Source of the DNA: Pseudomonadota bacterium
Lineage (GTDB): Bacteria > Pseudomonadota > Alphaproteobacteria > Rs-D84
Assembly (NCBI GenBank): GCA_023402015.1
Contig: JAEXCU010000001.1
Coordinates: 16,652 to 80,651, forward strand
Reading direction: 5' to 3'
DNA length: 64,000 nucleotides
Shown here: positions 1 to 8,737 of the stretch, piece after piece
Numbering within the stretch: the first letter of the stretch is position 1
Layout of the letters: every line of letters starts with the position of its first letter
The notes under the pieces: generated by a model
Database searches by the model: none
The model's input: only the letters and a program-made list of their open reading frames with translations
What the model was told of the DNA's origin: nothing
Position numbers and translations under genes: made by a program

Positions 1-159
1 GGCGATTGTGTTCGTTGTCCAACATCGGGGGGCGCATATGGCACAACCGCGGATAATAACACAGGTGGCATAACATCGTGTTATATTCCGTCCGGCAATA
101 CCGGTACAGACACCACCGGTTCATTTATATACACCGGAAATTGTTATTACAGTAATTAA
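1..159 (+). CDS. 3' end of a secreted cysteine-rich repeat protein (5' partial at window edge)
   Basis: Frame 1 is open from base 1 to TAA at 157-159. GDCVRCPTSGG...ITSCYIPSGNTGTDTTGSFIYTGNCYYSN parallels the C-terminus of the 86-aa ORF at 18410-18670. A hairpin follows. Confidence 0.6.
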   Translation, partial: GDCVRCPTSGGAYGTTADNNTGGITSCYIPSGNTGTDTTGSFIYTGNCYYSN

Positions 160-162
160 AAA

Positions 163-181
163 CGCCCCCATGACGGGGGCG
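163..181. terminator. GC-rich hairpin between convergent genes
   Basis: CGCCCCC-atgac-GGGGGCG, a 7-bp stem flanked by an A-run and a T-rich tract. Confidence 0.6.
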
Positions 182-185
182 CGCT

Positions 186-650
186 TTATTTATTTCTGTT
201 GCGACGGAATTCATCCAACGATACAACCCGACCCGTGTCGGGGACAGTGCCCGGTTTTTCTTCCAATGGCAATTCCATATCATTGTCGGCCGCGGATGCA
301 CCCTTAGGATGAAAAGACAACATGAAATCAACCGATGGGTCTTTGAATTCAACCAACGCAGAAAACGGAACGCGAATAAAAAATGGTCGTCCGTCAAATG
401 TTAACTGGACCCCGAATTCTTTGTCAGACACATTTAAATTGTTATAAGAATACTGCAAAACAATCGTCATGATGTCAGGATATCTGATTCGCAGGAAATC
501 CGGCAAAACAACACCCGGCGCACGGGTTTTAAACGTAATAAAAAAATGCGTCCCATCGCCCAGGCCATTGAATTGCGCGTGAATCAACGCGTCTTTGACA
601 ACGGATTTCAGGGCATTATCCAATAAATTTTGATAATCAATCTTGCTCAT
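186..650 (-). CDS. sspB: ClpXP adaptor SspB-like protein
   Basis: 154 aa. The core HFFITFKT..PGVVLPDFL..IVLQY..NL..FGVQLTF.GRP..I.VPF.AL..F.DPS matches the SspB fold pattern and alphaproteobacterial SspB. The C-terminal tail is acidic then basic. Confidence 0.7.
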   Translation of the reverse strand: MSKIDYQNLLDNALKSVVKDALIHAQFNGLGDGTHFFITFKTRAPGVVLPDFLRIRYPDIMTIVLQYSYNNLNVSDKEFGVQLTFDGRPFFIRVPFSALVEFKDPSVDFMLSFHPKGASAADNDMELPLEEKPGTVPDTGRVVSLDEFRRNRNK

Positions 651-1731
651 CTGAACACTCCGCCACCAGTATATTATTTATTTCCCCGTCGGCGCAAGCA
701 ACAAATACAGCATTCGGTACATCTGAAAACGTTTCCGAATCCAGTCCCGTTGCCCAAACCTGGGCGTTGGCCGCGCCCAATTGCGCAAACAGATTTTTTC
801 GCGCCACTGCGTCCAGGTGGGCCGCCGCTTCGTCCAATAAAATTATCGGTTGGCGCCCGGTTTTCGTGTGAATCAGTTTTGCATGTGCCAGAATCAGTTT
901 TAACAAAACCGTTTTTTGCTGGCCAGTACTGGTTAAATTCGCAGGCAGATTTAACGCCGTGTTAAACACCCCAAAATCAGATTTGTGCGGTCCGTCCAAC
1001 AGCATTTTATCCCCGGCCAATTCACGATTTTCGCGTAGGTATTGTCCGTATTTTCGTTCGGCATCGGCGGCATTGGACGATATTATCATTTCTTCGGCCA
1101 TGCCTGATACCGATACGGCGCAATCTGATAAAAAATAATTTAATTCGCCCGCGTATTGTATTCGCGCGGCCGCCACCGCCACCGCGGTACCCGCAATCTG
1201 GGTATCCAGCGCATCTAACCACCGCGCATCGCGACCGTTTTTCAATGCAAATGCGCGTTCTGATAATAATTTTGCCAACCGTCCCACACGTCCGGCATGG
1301 GCGGAATCAAAACTGGCGGCCAGACGGTCAAAAAACGCGCGCCGATCCGCGGCAGAATCCACAAACAATCTGTCTTCACGTGGGGTTAGCCAAACAATTC
1401 GCAAAATGGCCGCCAAATCGGCCAATGTGGCCACATCACCGTCAATTTTCGCGCGCCGGTTTGTTGCATCAGGCGTAAAGTAAACAGACAATTCTGTTTC
1501 GTCATTCAGATTTGCAAACACCGAAAAACCACCCACCCCGCCAAAGCGCGCAATATCCGTCATTGGTGCCCCGCGCAGGCCGCGGTCGCCCGCCAGCATG
1601 GACAGTGCCTCTAACACGGCAGTTTTGCCGGCGCCGTTTGGACCGGTAATAATAATATTACGCCGACCGTGCGTTTGAATGCGGCACGATTTGTGATTAC
1701 GAAAATCTGTCAGCGTTAATGTTTCAATCAT
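637..1731 (-). CDS. recF: DNA replication and repair protein RecF
   Basis: MIETLTLTDFRNH...ITGPNGAGKTAVLEA (Walker A) with an SMC-like C-terminus. The start was moved to the internal ATG at 1731, because the 38-codon upstream extension has no homology logic. Confidence 0.9.
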   Translation of the reverse strand: MIETLTLTDFRNHKSCRIQTHGRRNIIITGPNGAGKTAVLEALSMLAGDRGLRGAPMTDIARFGGVGGFSVFANLNDETELSVYFTPDATNRRAKIDGDVATLADLAAILRIVWLTPREDRLFVDSAADRRAFFDRLAASFDSAHAGRVGRLAKLLSERAFALKNGRDARWLDALDTQIAGTAVAVAAARIQYAGELNYFLSDCAVSVSGMAEEMIISSNAADAERKYGQYLRENRELAGDKMLLDGPHKSDFGVFNTALNLPANLTSTGQQKTVLLKLILAHAKLIHTKTGRQPIILLDEAAAHLDAVARKNLFAQLGAANAQVWATGLDSETFSDVPNAVFVACADGEINNILVAECSDEQD

Positions 1732-1810
1732 GGCCGGATAATACAACCATTGCGTAAAAAATACAAGTGGCACAAAAAATAAACCGCCCCGATAAAGGGG
1801 CGTATTATTT

Positions 1811-1830
1811 TTGGAGGCCTGGGTCGGAAT
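1811..1830 (-). repeat. partial duplicate of the tRNA-Cys 3' end (T-loop end, acceptor strand and CCA)
   Basis: TGGAGGCCTGGGTCGGAAT is identical to 2010-2028. The adjacent hairpin plus A/T tract is also duplicated in diverged form (1785-1810 versus 1985-2009). Confidence 0.75.
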
Positions 1831-2009
1831 GTTCGCATCGCCCACAGGGCGACCGTTGCTAAACGCAACTTGCTTACCACTCGCAGCGGTTTCGCGGCGC
1901 GGCGCCGCATATGCCGCACCGCAAAACCTGGCTCGTATGCGAACCGGGCCGGTTCGATAAAACTCATATTCTCAAAAAAACAACACCCATAAATGGGTGT
2001 TTTATTTTT

Positions 2010-2083
2010 TGGAGGCCTGGGTCGGAATCGAACCGGCATACAAGGATTTGCAGTCCTCTGCATAACCACTCTGCCACCAGGCC
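2010..2083 (-). tRNA. tRNA-Cys (GCA)
   Basis: The reverse complement GGCCTGGTGGCAGAGTGGTTATGCAGAGGACTGCAAATCCTTGTATGCCGGTTCGATTCCGACCCAGGCCTCCA folds as a cloverleaf. The anticodon loop is CTGCAAA and CCA is encoded. Confidence 0.9.
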
Positions 2084-2180
2084 GTTTGTTGTGTGCACGT
2101 ATACTACGCAAAAAAAATTTGTAATTCAACAGAAAAATATATTATTATGTGGTATAATTTAGGGCACGAGAGAATTTTAT

Positions 2181-3521
2181 ATGAAAATATTACCACTGAT
2201 GTTATGTTTGCTGCCGCTGACAGCCGTTGCAGCAGAAAATGATTGTTTAAACCGAACAACTGCGCCGTCGGGCAAACTGACCCTGCCCCAGGTGGTGGAT
2301 TTGGGCCTGTGTCGCAATCCGCAAACAACCGCCGCATATTTTGCCGCCGAATCTGCACGTTTTTCAAAAAATGCGGGCTATGCAAATTATTTGCCCGCGG
2401 TTAACGCGTCTGCGTCGGCGTCCCTGCCGTATCGCAACAAAGAATGGGGCGATTGGACATATGGGGCATCGTTGTCTGCATCTTATTTAATATTTGATTT
2501 CGGAAAACGTTTGGCGGATGTTAACACCCTGACCGCGACATGGCGTGCGGCCGGTTTTGATTATGACGAAACGGTTCAAAATTATATTTATGGGGTAATT
2601 GGTGCGTACTATGCATTATTAAATGCGGACGCCGATGTTAAAAGCGCAACGTCCCTGCGCGCGGTTGCCAAAACGGCCAAGGATACCGCCGATAAAAAGT
2701 TCAAAGCCGGTGCCGTGGCCAAGGCCGATGTATTAAAGGCGGCAACCACATTGGCCAGTCGCGATTTGGAACTGGAACGGGCAAAAAACAACCGCGAAAT
2801 TGCCAAGGGAACATTGCTGTCCAAACTGTCTTTCCCTGCGAACCAGGATATCCAAATTGCCGACATGCCCGCAGAATTTGGTGGTGCGGCGGAAATTCAA
2901 AGTATAAATGAATTAATCGCATTGGCCGAAAAAAGTCGCCCTGACCTGTTGCGTGCAACCGCGAACAAAGACGCCGCGTGGCATCGCAGAAATTCTTCGT
3001 TCTTGAAAAATTTGCCCAGCATTTCTGCATCGGGCACATTGCAATGGAATGACACGCCGTCAGAATCTTTTAATTCTGGCAATGATAAAATCAGTGGCAG
3101 TATCGGCATCCGCGCCAGTATGCCGATTTTTGCAGGCTTTGCCAATGTTTACGGCGTTCGTGCGGCACAGGCAAATTATGACCGCGCCATTGAACAGGAA
3201 CGCCAAACCCAGGATTCGGCGGTACTGGACATCTTTACAGCATATCAAAATTATAAAACGGCCCAGACTGTTCTGGCCCAAACAAAAACATTGTTGGCGT
3301 CCGCCACGGAAAGTGAACGCGTTACCGCCGGAATGTACAAAGTGGGCAAGGCAACAATGCTGGATTGGCAGACGGCACAATCAGAATTGGTTGATGCACA
3401 AAAGCAAAACAATGCCGCAAAATACGATTTGTTCACAAAACGCGCGGCGGTCGCACTGGCCATCGGTGATATCAAGGTTGGATTAGCACAGGGGGAAAAT
3501 TTAAATGAAACAAACGAATAA
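2181..3521 (+). CDS. TolC-family outer membrane efflux protein
   Basis: 446 aa with a signal peptide (LLPLTAVAAEN) and two repeated coiled-coil/beta halves typical of TolC/OEP family. It is first in an efflux gene string. Confidence 0.85.
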   Translation: MKILPLMLCLLPLTAVAAENDCLNRTTAPSGKLTLPQVVDLGLCRNPQTTAAYFAAESARFSKNAGYANYLPAVNASASASLPYRNKEWGDWTYGASLSASYLIFDFGKRLADVNTLTATWRAAGFDYDETVQNYIYGVIGAYYALLNADADVKSATSLRAVAKTAKDTADKKFKAGAVAKADVLKAATTLASRDLELERAKNNREIAKGTLLSKLSFPANQDIQIADMPAEFGGAAEIQSINELIALAEKSRPDLLRATANKDAAWHRRNSSFLKNLPSISASGTLQWNDTPSESFNSGNDKISGSIGIRASMPIFAGFANVYGVRAAQANYDRAIEQERQTQDSAVLDIFTAYQNYKTAQTVLAQTKTLLASATESERVTAGMYKVGKATMLDWQTAQSELVDAQKQNNAAKYDLFTKRAAVALAIGDIKVGLAQGENLNETNE

Positions 3522-4707
3522 AAATGCGCCGGTGAAAACTTCGCGATTTAAGAGAATTTTAAAATGGTTTTGGCGTAAAAAATGGTGGATTATAATCGTT
3601 CTGGTTGCACTGTTTGGCGCAATGTATTTAATGCGTGGTGGGTCAGATACCAAATCGCAATATGCAACACTGAACATTGGCCATGGCGACCTGCGCCAGG
3701 TTGTAACGGCGACCGGTGAAATTCAACCATTAAACACCGTTAACGTTGGGTCCCAGGTATCGGGAACAATTGAAAACCTGTATGTGGATTATAATTCCAA
3801 GGTTAAAAAGGGCGACGTTCTGCTGACCATTGAACCGTCTGTTTTACAGGCATCTGTGGACGAGGCCAAGGCATCCCTGGTCAGTGCACAATCCCAGCGC
3901 AACTATGCCAAAAGTGAATATGAACGCAATAAAATCCTGTATGCCGATGGATTTATTTCGCGCGCAGAAATGGAACAATCCCAAACAACATACGAACAGG
4001 CCGAACAATCTGTGAACCGTATGCAATCACAATACGACCGTGCAGAAACAAATTTGGGATACGCAACCATTACATCCCCGGTTGACGGCACAGTTATCTC
4101 GCGCGAGGTTGATGTTGGTCAAACAGTTGCGGCGTCTTTCCAGACACCTGATTTATTTAAAATTGCCGAAGACCTGTCCCAGATGCAGATTGAAACATCC
4201 GTGTCCGAGGCCGACATTGGTGTTATCAAAGAAGGTCAACCCGTCACATTTACCGTGGACGCATATCCAACCCAAACATTTAACGGTGTGGTGCGTCAGA
4301 TTCGTCTGTCGCCGACAACAACATCCAACGTTGTTGTGTACACCGTTGTAATTGACGTTGACAATTCTGATTTACGTTTAATGCCTGGAATGACCGCATT
4401 TGTTACAATTGTGATTTCTGAAAAATTTGACGTGTACAAGGTTCAAAATGCCGCATTATTATTGCGCAGTTTTGACGGTATTATCGCCAACCCAGGCGAT
4501 GCCACAACCAAAACCCATTTGGCGGTAATGCGTGGGGATAACATTGTTTTGGTGCCGTATGAAAAGGGTCTGATTACCGCAACTGAAACCGAAATCATTT
4601 CTGATGAAATTCAACCCGGGGACAAAATTGTTGTCGGTAAACTGGGCCAGGTTTCCACATCCGGCAACAATAATCGTTCGCGCGGCGGACCCGGCGGCCC
4701 AATGTAA
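3505..4707 (+). CDS. HlyD/MacA-type periplasmic adaptor (membrane fusion protein)
   Basis: 400 aa with an N-terminal TM segment, lipoyl-like and coiled-coil regions (GTIENLYVDYNSKVKKGDVLLTIEP ... ITSPVDGTVISREV). It overlaps the TolC stop by 17 nt. Confidence 0.85.
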   Translation: MKQTNKNAPVKTSRFKRILKWFWRKKWWIIIVLVALFGAMYLMRGGSDTKSQYATLNIGHGDLRQVVTATGEIQPLNTVNVGSQVSGTIENLYVDYNSKVKKGDVLLTIEPSVLQASVDEAKASLVSAQSQRNYAKSEYERNKILYADGFISRAEMEQSQTTYEQAEQSVNRMQSQYDRAETNLGYATITSPVDGTVISREVDVGQTVAASFQTPDLFKIAEDLSQMQIETSVSEADIGVIKEGQPVTFTVDAYPTQTFNGVVRQIRLSPTTTSNVVVYTVVIDVDNSDLRLMPGMTAFVTIVISEKFDVYKVQNAALLLRSFDGIIANPGDATTKTHLAVMRGDNIVLVPYEKGLITATETEIISDEIQPGDKIVVGKLGQVSTSGNNNRSRGGPGGPM

Positions 4708-4717
4708 GGATAAAAAG

Positions 4718-4741
4718 ACGCACCACAGGTGCGTTTTTTTA
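4718..4741 (+). terminator. intrinsic terminator-like hairpin between adaptor and ABC genes
   Basis: ACGCACC-aca-GGTGCGT followed by T7. A TGATATAAT extended -10 lies downstream, before the ABC gene. Confidence 0.6.
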
Positions 4742-4803
4742 AAGACCAAAATTATTTCGCATGATATAATGCACGCATATTAATTAACGGGGGGGAATCA
4801 CAA

Positions 4804-5526
4804 ATGTCCAGGTCGGCCGAAACAATTATTTCAATGAACAAAATAAATAAAAGTTTTCCCATAGAAATGGGTGGCCAACAACAGGTTTTATTTGATATCA
4901 ATTTTCGTGTTTGCGCCGGTGAATTTGTGGCAATCATGGGCCCGTCGGGCAGTGGTAAATCCACATGCATGAACATAATCGGTGCATTGGATACCCCGAC
5001 GTCTGGCACATATGAACTGTATGGCCGCGATATCACCCACCTGTCCACAGATGAATTGGCCGTCATACGAAACGAATATATAGGATTTGTGTTTCAGCAA
5101 TTTAATCTGCTGTCCAAGCGCAGCGTATTGGACAATGTAATGTTGCCGTTGATGTATCGCGGCCTGCCCATGGATGAACGCGTACGGCGGGCACGTGAAA
5201 TGCTGAAACGCGTGGGGTTGGAAAACTTTGAAAGTTATCTGCCAACACAATTGTCGGGCGGTATGAAGCAACGCGTTGCAATTGCCCGCGCATTGGCCGG
5301 CGACCCGAAACTGATTTTGGCGGACGAACCGACAGGCGCATTGGACAGTAAAATGGGTAATGAAATTTTAAAATTCTTTAAACAATTAAACAAAGACCTG
5401 GGGATTACAATCGTTATGATTACCCACGAATTCGACATTGCGCGATATGCAGACCGCCTGATTCATATTCGCGACGGGCGAATAAATTATGACGGCCCCG
5501 TCCCACGCGATGACCGCAATTTATAA
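4804..5526 (+). CDS. ABC transporter ATP-binding protein (MacB/LolD-type)
   Basis: Walker A GPSGSGKST, signature LSGGMKQRVAIARAL, Walker B LILADEPTGALD. GGGGGG SD upstream. Confidence 0.92.
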   Translation: MSRSAETIISMNKINKSFPIEMGGQQQVLFDINFRVCAGEFVAIMGPSGSGKSTCMNIIGALDTPTSGTYELYGRDITHLSTDELAVIRNEYIGFVFQQFNLLSKRSVLDNVMLPLMYRGLPMDERVRRAREMLKRVGLENFESYLPTQLSGGMKQRVAIARALAGDPKLILADEPTGALDSKMGNEILKFFKQLNKDLGITIVMITHEFDIARYADRLIHIRDGRINYDGPVPRDDRNL

Positions 5527-5547
5527 TATATGAAATAGGAATAAAAA

Positions 5548-6765
5548 ATGACATTTAACGATATTTTCAAAGAATCCTGGCTGTCTATCAGTGGAAATAA
5601 AATTCGTTCATTCCTGACGGTTTTGGGGATTGTTATTGGTGTTATGGCGGTGGTTATCATGGTCGCCGTTGGTGAAACGGTGCAACGGCAAATCACGGAC
5701 CAGTTTTCGTCCCTGGGAACCGGGACAATCATTATCCGCGCGGGCGCCGCGCAAACAGGTGGTGTTCGCACCGGCAATCGCCAGACATTGACCATTGATG
5801 ACGCAGAATTCATTGCAAAATTACCCGACGTTGCGGCGGTCAGTCCCGTTCAAAACAGTGCCGCCCAAATCATATACGGAAACAAAAACTGGGGCACGTC
5901 TATGGCAGGTGTATATCCCGGATACACCACCGTTCAGAACATTGAAATGGACCAAGGTACGTTCTTTGACCAATCGGCGGTACGAAATGCATCAACATAC
6001 GCCGTAATTGGTCCCAAAACGGCCGAAGAATTGGGATTGCCAGACAACCCAGTGGGCGAAGTTATTCGCGTTCAAAACACGCCTTTTGTAATTATTGGCA
6101 TGACTGCGGCCAAGGGTGATTCCGCCATGGGCAGCCAGGATGACATGATAATGATACCAATTACAACCCTGAAAAAGCGTTTGCAAGGCAGTCGCTTTCC
6201 CAATTCTGTCAGTATGATTTCACTGAAATTGTATTCTGATGCGGATAATACACTGGTAATAAACCAGATAACCGCCCTGCTGCGCGACCGTCATAAATTA
6301 AAAGACGGCGATGCAGACGATTTCCAAATTATGGATATGAAACAGATTATGGATACCATGAACACCGTTACGGGTTATCTGAAAATGTTGCTGATTGCGA
6401 TTGCGGCGGTATCCCTGTTGGTGGGCGCAATCGGTATTATGAACATGATGCTGGTATCGGTTGCGGAACGCACACGCGAAATCGGTATACGCAAGGCCAT
6501 TGGTGCCCGCGAACGCCAAATAATCATTCAATTTCTGTCTGAATCAATTTTGATTTCATTTATTGGGTCTATGGCCGGATTATTACTGGGGGTTGGCCTG
6601 TCCCAGGGCGTTGGTCGTTTTATACTGGGGTATAACGTCCCGTTCAGCGCATGGCCCGTCGTATTATCAGTATCCGTTGCGGTAATCGTCGGTTTGGCAT
6701 CCGGTGTGGCGCCGGCGTTAAAGGCCGCAAAATTAAACCCGATTGACAGTCTGCGTCATGAATAA
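5548..6765 (+). CDS. ABC transporter permease (MacB_PCD plus FtsX domain)
   Basis: 405 aa with an N-terminal TM, a large periplasmic domain and a C-terminal FtsX-like 3-TM bundle (ERTREIGIRKAIGA). Confidence 0.9.
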   Translation: MTFNDIFKESWLSISGNKIRSFLTVLGIVIGVMAVVIMVAVGETVQRQITDQFSSLGTGTIIIRAGAAQTGGVRTGNRQTLTIDDAEFIAKLPDVAAVSPVQNSAAQIIYGNKNWGTSMAGVYPGYTTVQNIEMDQGTFFDQSAVRNASTYAVIGPKTAEELGLPDNPVGEVIRVQNTPFVIIGMTAAKGDSAMGSQDDMIMIPITTLKKRLQGSRFPNSVSMISLKLYSDADNTLVINQITALLRDRHKLKDGDADDFQIMDMKQIMDTMNTVTGYLKMLLIAIAAVSLLVGAIGIMNMMLVSVAERTREIGIRKAIGARERQIIIQFLSESILISFIGSMAGLLLGVGLSQGVGRFILGYNVPFSAWPVVLSVSVAVIVGLASGVAPALKAAKLNPIDSLRHE

Positions 6766-6781
6766 AACGTAAAAATATAAT

Positions 6782-6809
6782 AAACAGGCCGGCAAATGCC
6801 GGCCTGTTT
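6782..6809 (+). terminator. intrinsic terminator, CCGGCAAATGCCGG family
   Basis: AAACAGGCCGGC-AAAT-GCCGGCCTGTTT. Confidence 0.75.
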
Positions 6810-6841
6810 AATTGCAATAATAATCACCTGCACAAAAATAA

Positions 6842-6871
6842 TTGACAAACGTGATTTTTTGTAATATTTAT
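6842..6871 (+). promoter_or_regulatory. sigma70-like promoter of radical SAM paralog 1
   Basis: TTGACA at 6842-6847 and a TA-rich -10 candidate (TAATAT/TATTTA) 15-18 nt downstream. The ATG at 6878 lies only a few nt past the -10, so the mRNA may be leaderless. Confidence 0.45.
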
Positions 6872-6877
6872 TTTTAC

Positions 6878-7849
6878 ATGTCTACTATTGGTAATTTAAT
6901 TGATTCAAAATTAACCGCGGCGCGATTGGTGGGCGGTCTGTCTTATGTTTTGGTGTTTAAAACCACAAATTTTTGTTGGTACAACTGTCCGCATTGTTGT
7001 GAAAATTCTGACCACAAACAGCCGAAAACATACATTCCCAGTGATACAATCAAACATTACCTGACCCAGGCCAAATCTGACCCACGTTTTTCCAACAATG
7101 TGGTTTTGACCGGTGGCGAAATTATGACCAGTTATCTGTACGGACCACGTAATTATGTGCCTGAACTGTTAAATTTTTGTTTGGATAACAACATCGGCAC
7201 AGATATTAAAACAAACGGCGCATGGGCCCGGGCAAAGTTTGGCCGCAATATTTATGATGATTTAACCCGCACAATTTCTTCGCACGGTCCATACGGGTTG
7301 CAGATATCTTTGTCCCTGGATAAATATCATCCCAACAGCGTGGATAACTGCGCACGGGTTATTACGCATTTTGCAACAAAACCAGACCAACGTCTGATTA
7401 TACATCTGACGGGGTTCCTAGATATGGGAAACGATTTAAATAAATTGTTTACCCGGTTAAAAAATACGCGTGGTATTACGTTAAATGATATTAATATTAA
7501 CGGTTCACGCGCCATTGGCGTTAACCGCCAGGTTATTGTGAAATATAATTCTGCCACACTGTTTAACGGCGGACGTGCCCAGACAATGACAGATGCACAT
7601 AAAAACCCATTCCCACAGTTTTCATTCATGTTGCCCAGTGGTGAAATTCTGATTGCGTTTGACACAATGGGAAATGTCAGTCTGGGTGAAAATTCTGGTC
7701 GCAAAATCCGGACATCGTGGCGCACGTCCGATGGCGCACCCCGCCCCCTGAATGACATCCTGCACAGTTTGGTTAATCGCACACGATACGAAGAAATGCG
7801 TGCAATTATTCGTGATGGGTGGCACCCGATAAAAATAAAAACAAAATAA
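6878..7849 (+). CDS. radical SAM domain protein, uncharacterized family (paralog 1)
   Basis: CX3CX2C motif (FCWYNCPHCCE) and TGGE motif (VVLTGGEIMT). No C-terminal Cys cluster. Clear paralog of 56340-57329. Start taken at the ATG (MSTIGNL), not the upstream TTG. Confidence 0.8.
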   Translation: MSTIGNLIDSKLTAARLVGGLSYVLVFKTTNFCWYNCPHCCENSDHKQPKTYIPSDTIKHYLTQAKSDPRFSNNVVLTGGEIMTSYLYGPRNYVPELLNFCLDNNIGTDIKTNGAWARAKFGRNIYDDLTRTISSHGPYGLQISLSLDKYHPNSVDNCARVITHFATKPDQRLIIHLTGFLDMGNDLNKLFTRLKNTRGITLNDININGSRAIGVNRQVIVKYNSATLFNGGRAQTMTDAHKNPFPQFSFMLPSGEILIAFDTMGNVSLGENSGRKIRTSWRTSDGAPRPLNDILHSLVNRTRYEEMRAIIRDGWHPIKIKTK

Positions 7850-7852
7850 AAA

Positions 7853-7874
7853 TGGGCGCGACGCGCCCGTTTTT
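7853..7874. terminator. bidirectional terminator hairpin
   Basis: GGGCGCG-a-CGCGCCC flanked by an A-run and a T-run, between convergent genes. Confidence 0.7.
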
Positions 7875-8737
7875 TAAATACCCAATTTTTTCTGCATTTC
7901 GCATAAAATCGGGGTGTCTATGCCCTGCTTTTTCGCGCGTTCAATCAGGCCCCGCAGCGCAAAAATCCCTTCAACCGTACCGGCCGGCGGTTCACCGCGC
8001 GCAATCGCCATACCACCCGCAAAATTGCGACTGGTTGCAGATGTTGCCGATAAAAACAGATCCCCAATGCCACATAAATCCAAGAAAGTCCGCATCTGTG
8101 CACCACATGCCAGCCCCAGGTCCATAACCTCGTTCCAGGCGCGGGTAAATATTAATGCGCGTTCGTTTTCGCCCGCCGCCGCAACAGAGTTATATCCGCA
8201 AATTAATGCAACCGCATTTTTACCAACGCCGCACATTTCCGTTCCGATAATATCATCGGATTCATTAATATACATTTTATTTAAAATTTTCGCACCAACC
8301 CGACATGCAACCGGCGTTCCGGCCAATGTGGACCCGGTTGGGATGCCGGATGCAACCTCGGCCGCGAATTGCGGACCCGACAAGACACCAAATTCGTGGC
8401 ATTGGGGTAATACAGTGCGCAACACCTCGGACATGAATGCGCCGGATTCGCGTTCTGCGCCCTTGGTACAAATAATAACAGGTTGGTTATTATAAAATTC
8501 GCGTGCATTGCCCAATGTTTCACGAAAATACGCCGCCGGCGTTACAATCAGCCAGGCGGCGCAATCATGCAATTGCGACATATCTGACGTTAATCGTAAA
8601 TTGTCCGGCATTTCCACGCCGTTAAATTGCTTGCATTCACCATCATAAGACCACAAAACAACATTTGCGCCGCCACGTGCAGCGATAATGGACAGGGCCG
8701 TTCCCCAGGCGCCTGCACCAATAACACCAATATTCAT
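7874..8737 (-). CDS. gpsA: NAD(P)H-dependent glycerol-3-phosphate dehydrogenase (compact form)
   Basis: MNIGVIGAGAWGTAL Rossmann start, then ...CTKG.E.....MSEV...LSGP.FA.EVA...P motifs. 287 aa, shorter than typical GpsA. Confidence 0.88.
   Translation of the reverse strand: MNIGVIGAGAWGTALSIIAARGGANVVLWSYDGECKQFNGVEMPDNLRLTSDMSQLHDCAAWLIVTPAAYFRETLGNAREFYNNQPVIICTKGAERESGAFMSEVLRTVLPQCHEFGVLSGPQFAAEVASGIPTGSTLAGTPVACRVGAKILNKMYINESDDIIGTEMCGVGKNAVALICGYNSVAAAGENERALIFTRAWNEVMDLGLACGAQMRTFLDLCGIGDLFLSATSATSRNFAGGMAIARGEPPAGTVEGIFALRGLIERAKKQGIDTPILCEMQKKLGI

Noticed and set aside
1811-2009. Integrated prophage or genomic island at tRNA-Cys
   Set aside because: The att-like duplicate lies only about 180 bp from the gene. 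There is no integrase or cargo ORF between the copies. At most it is a remnant, and it is reported as a low-to-medium interest finding.
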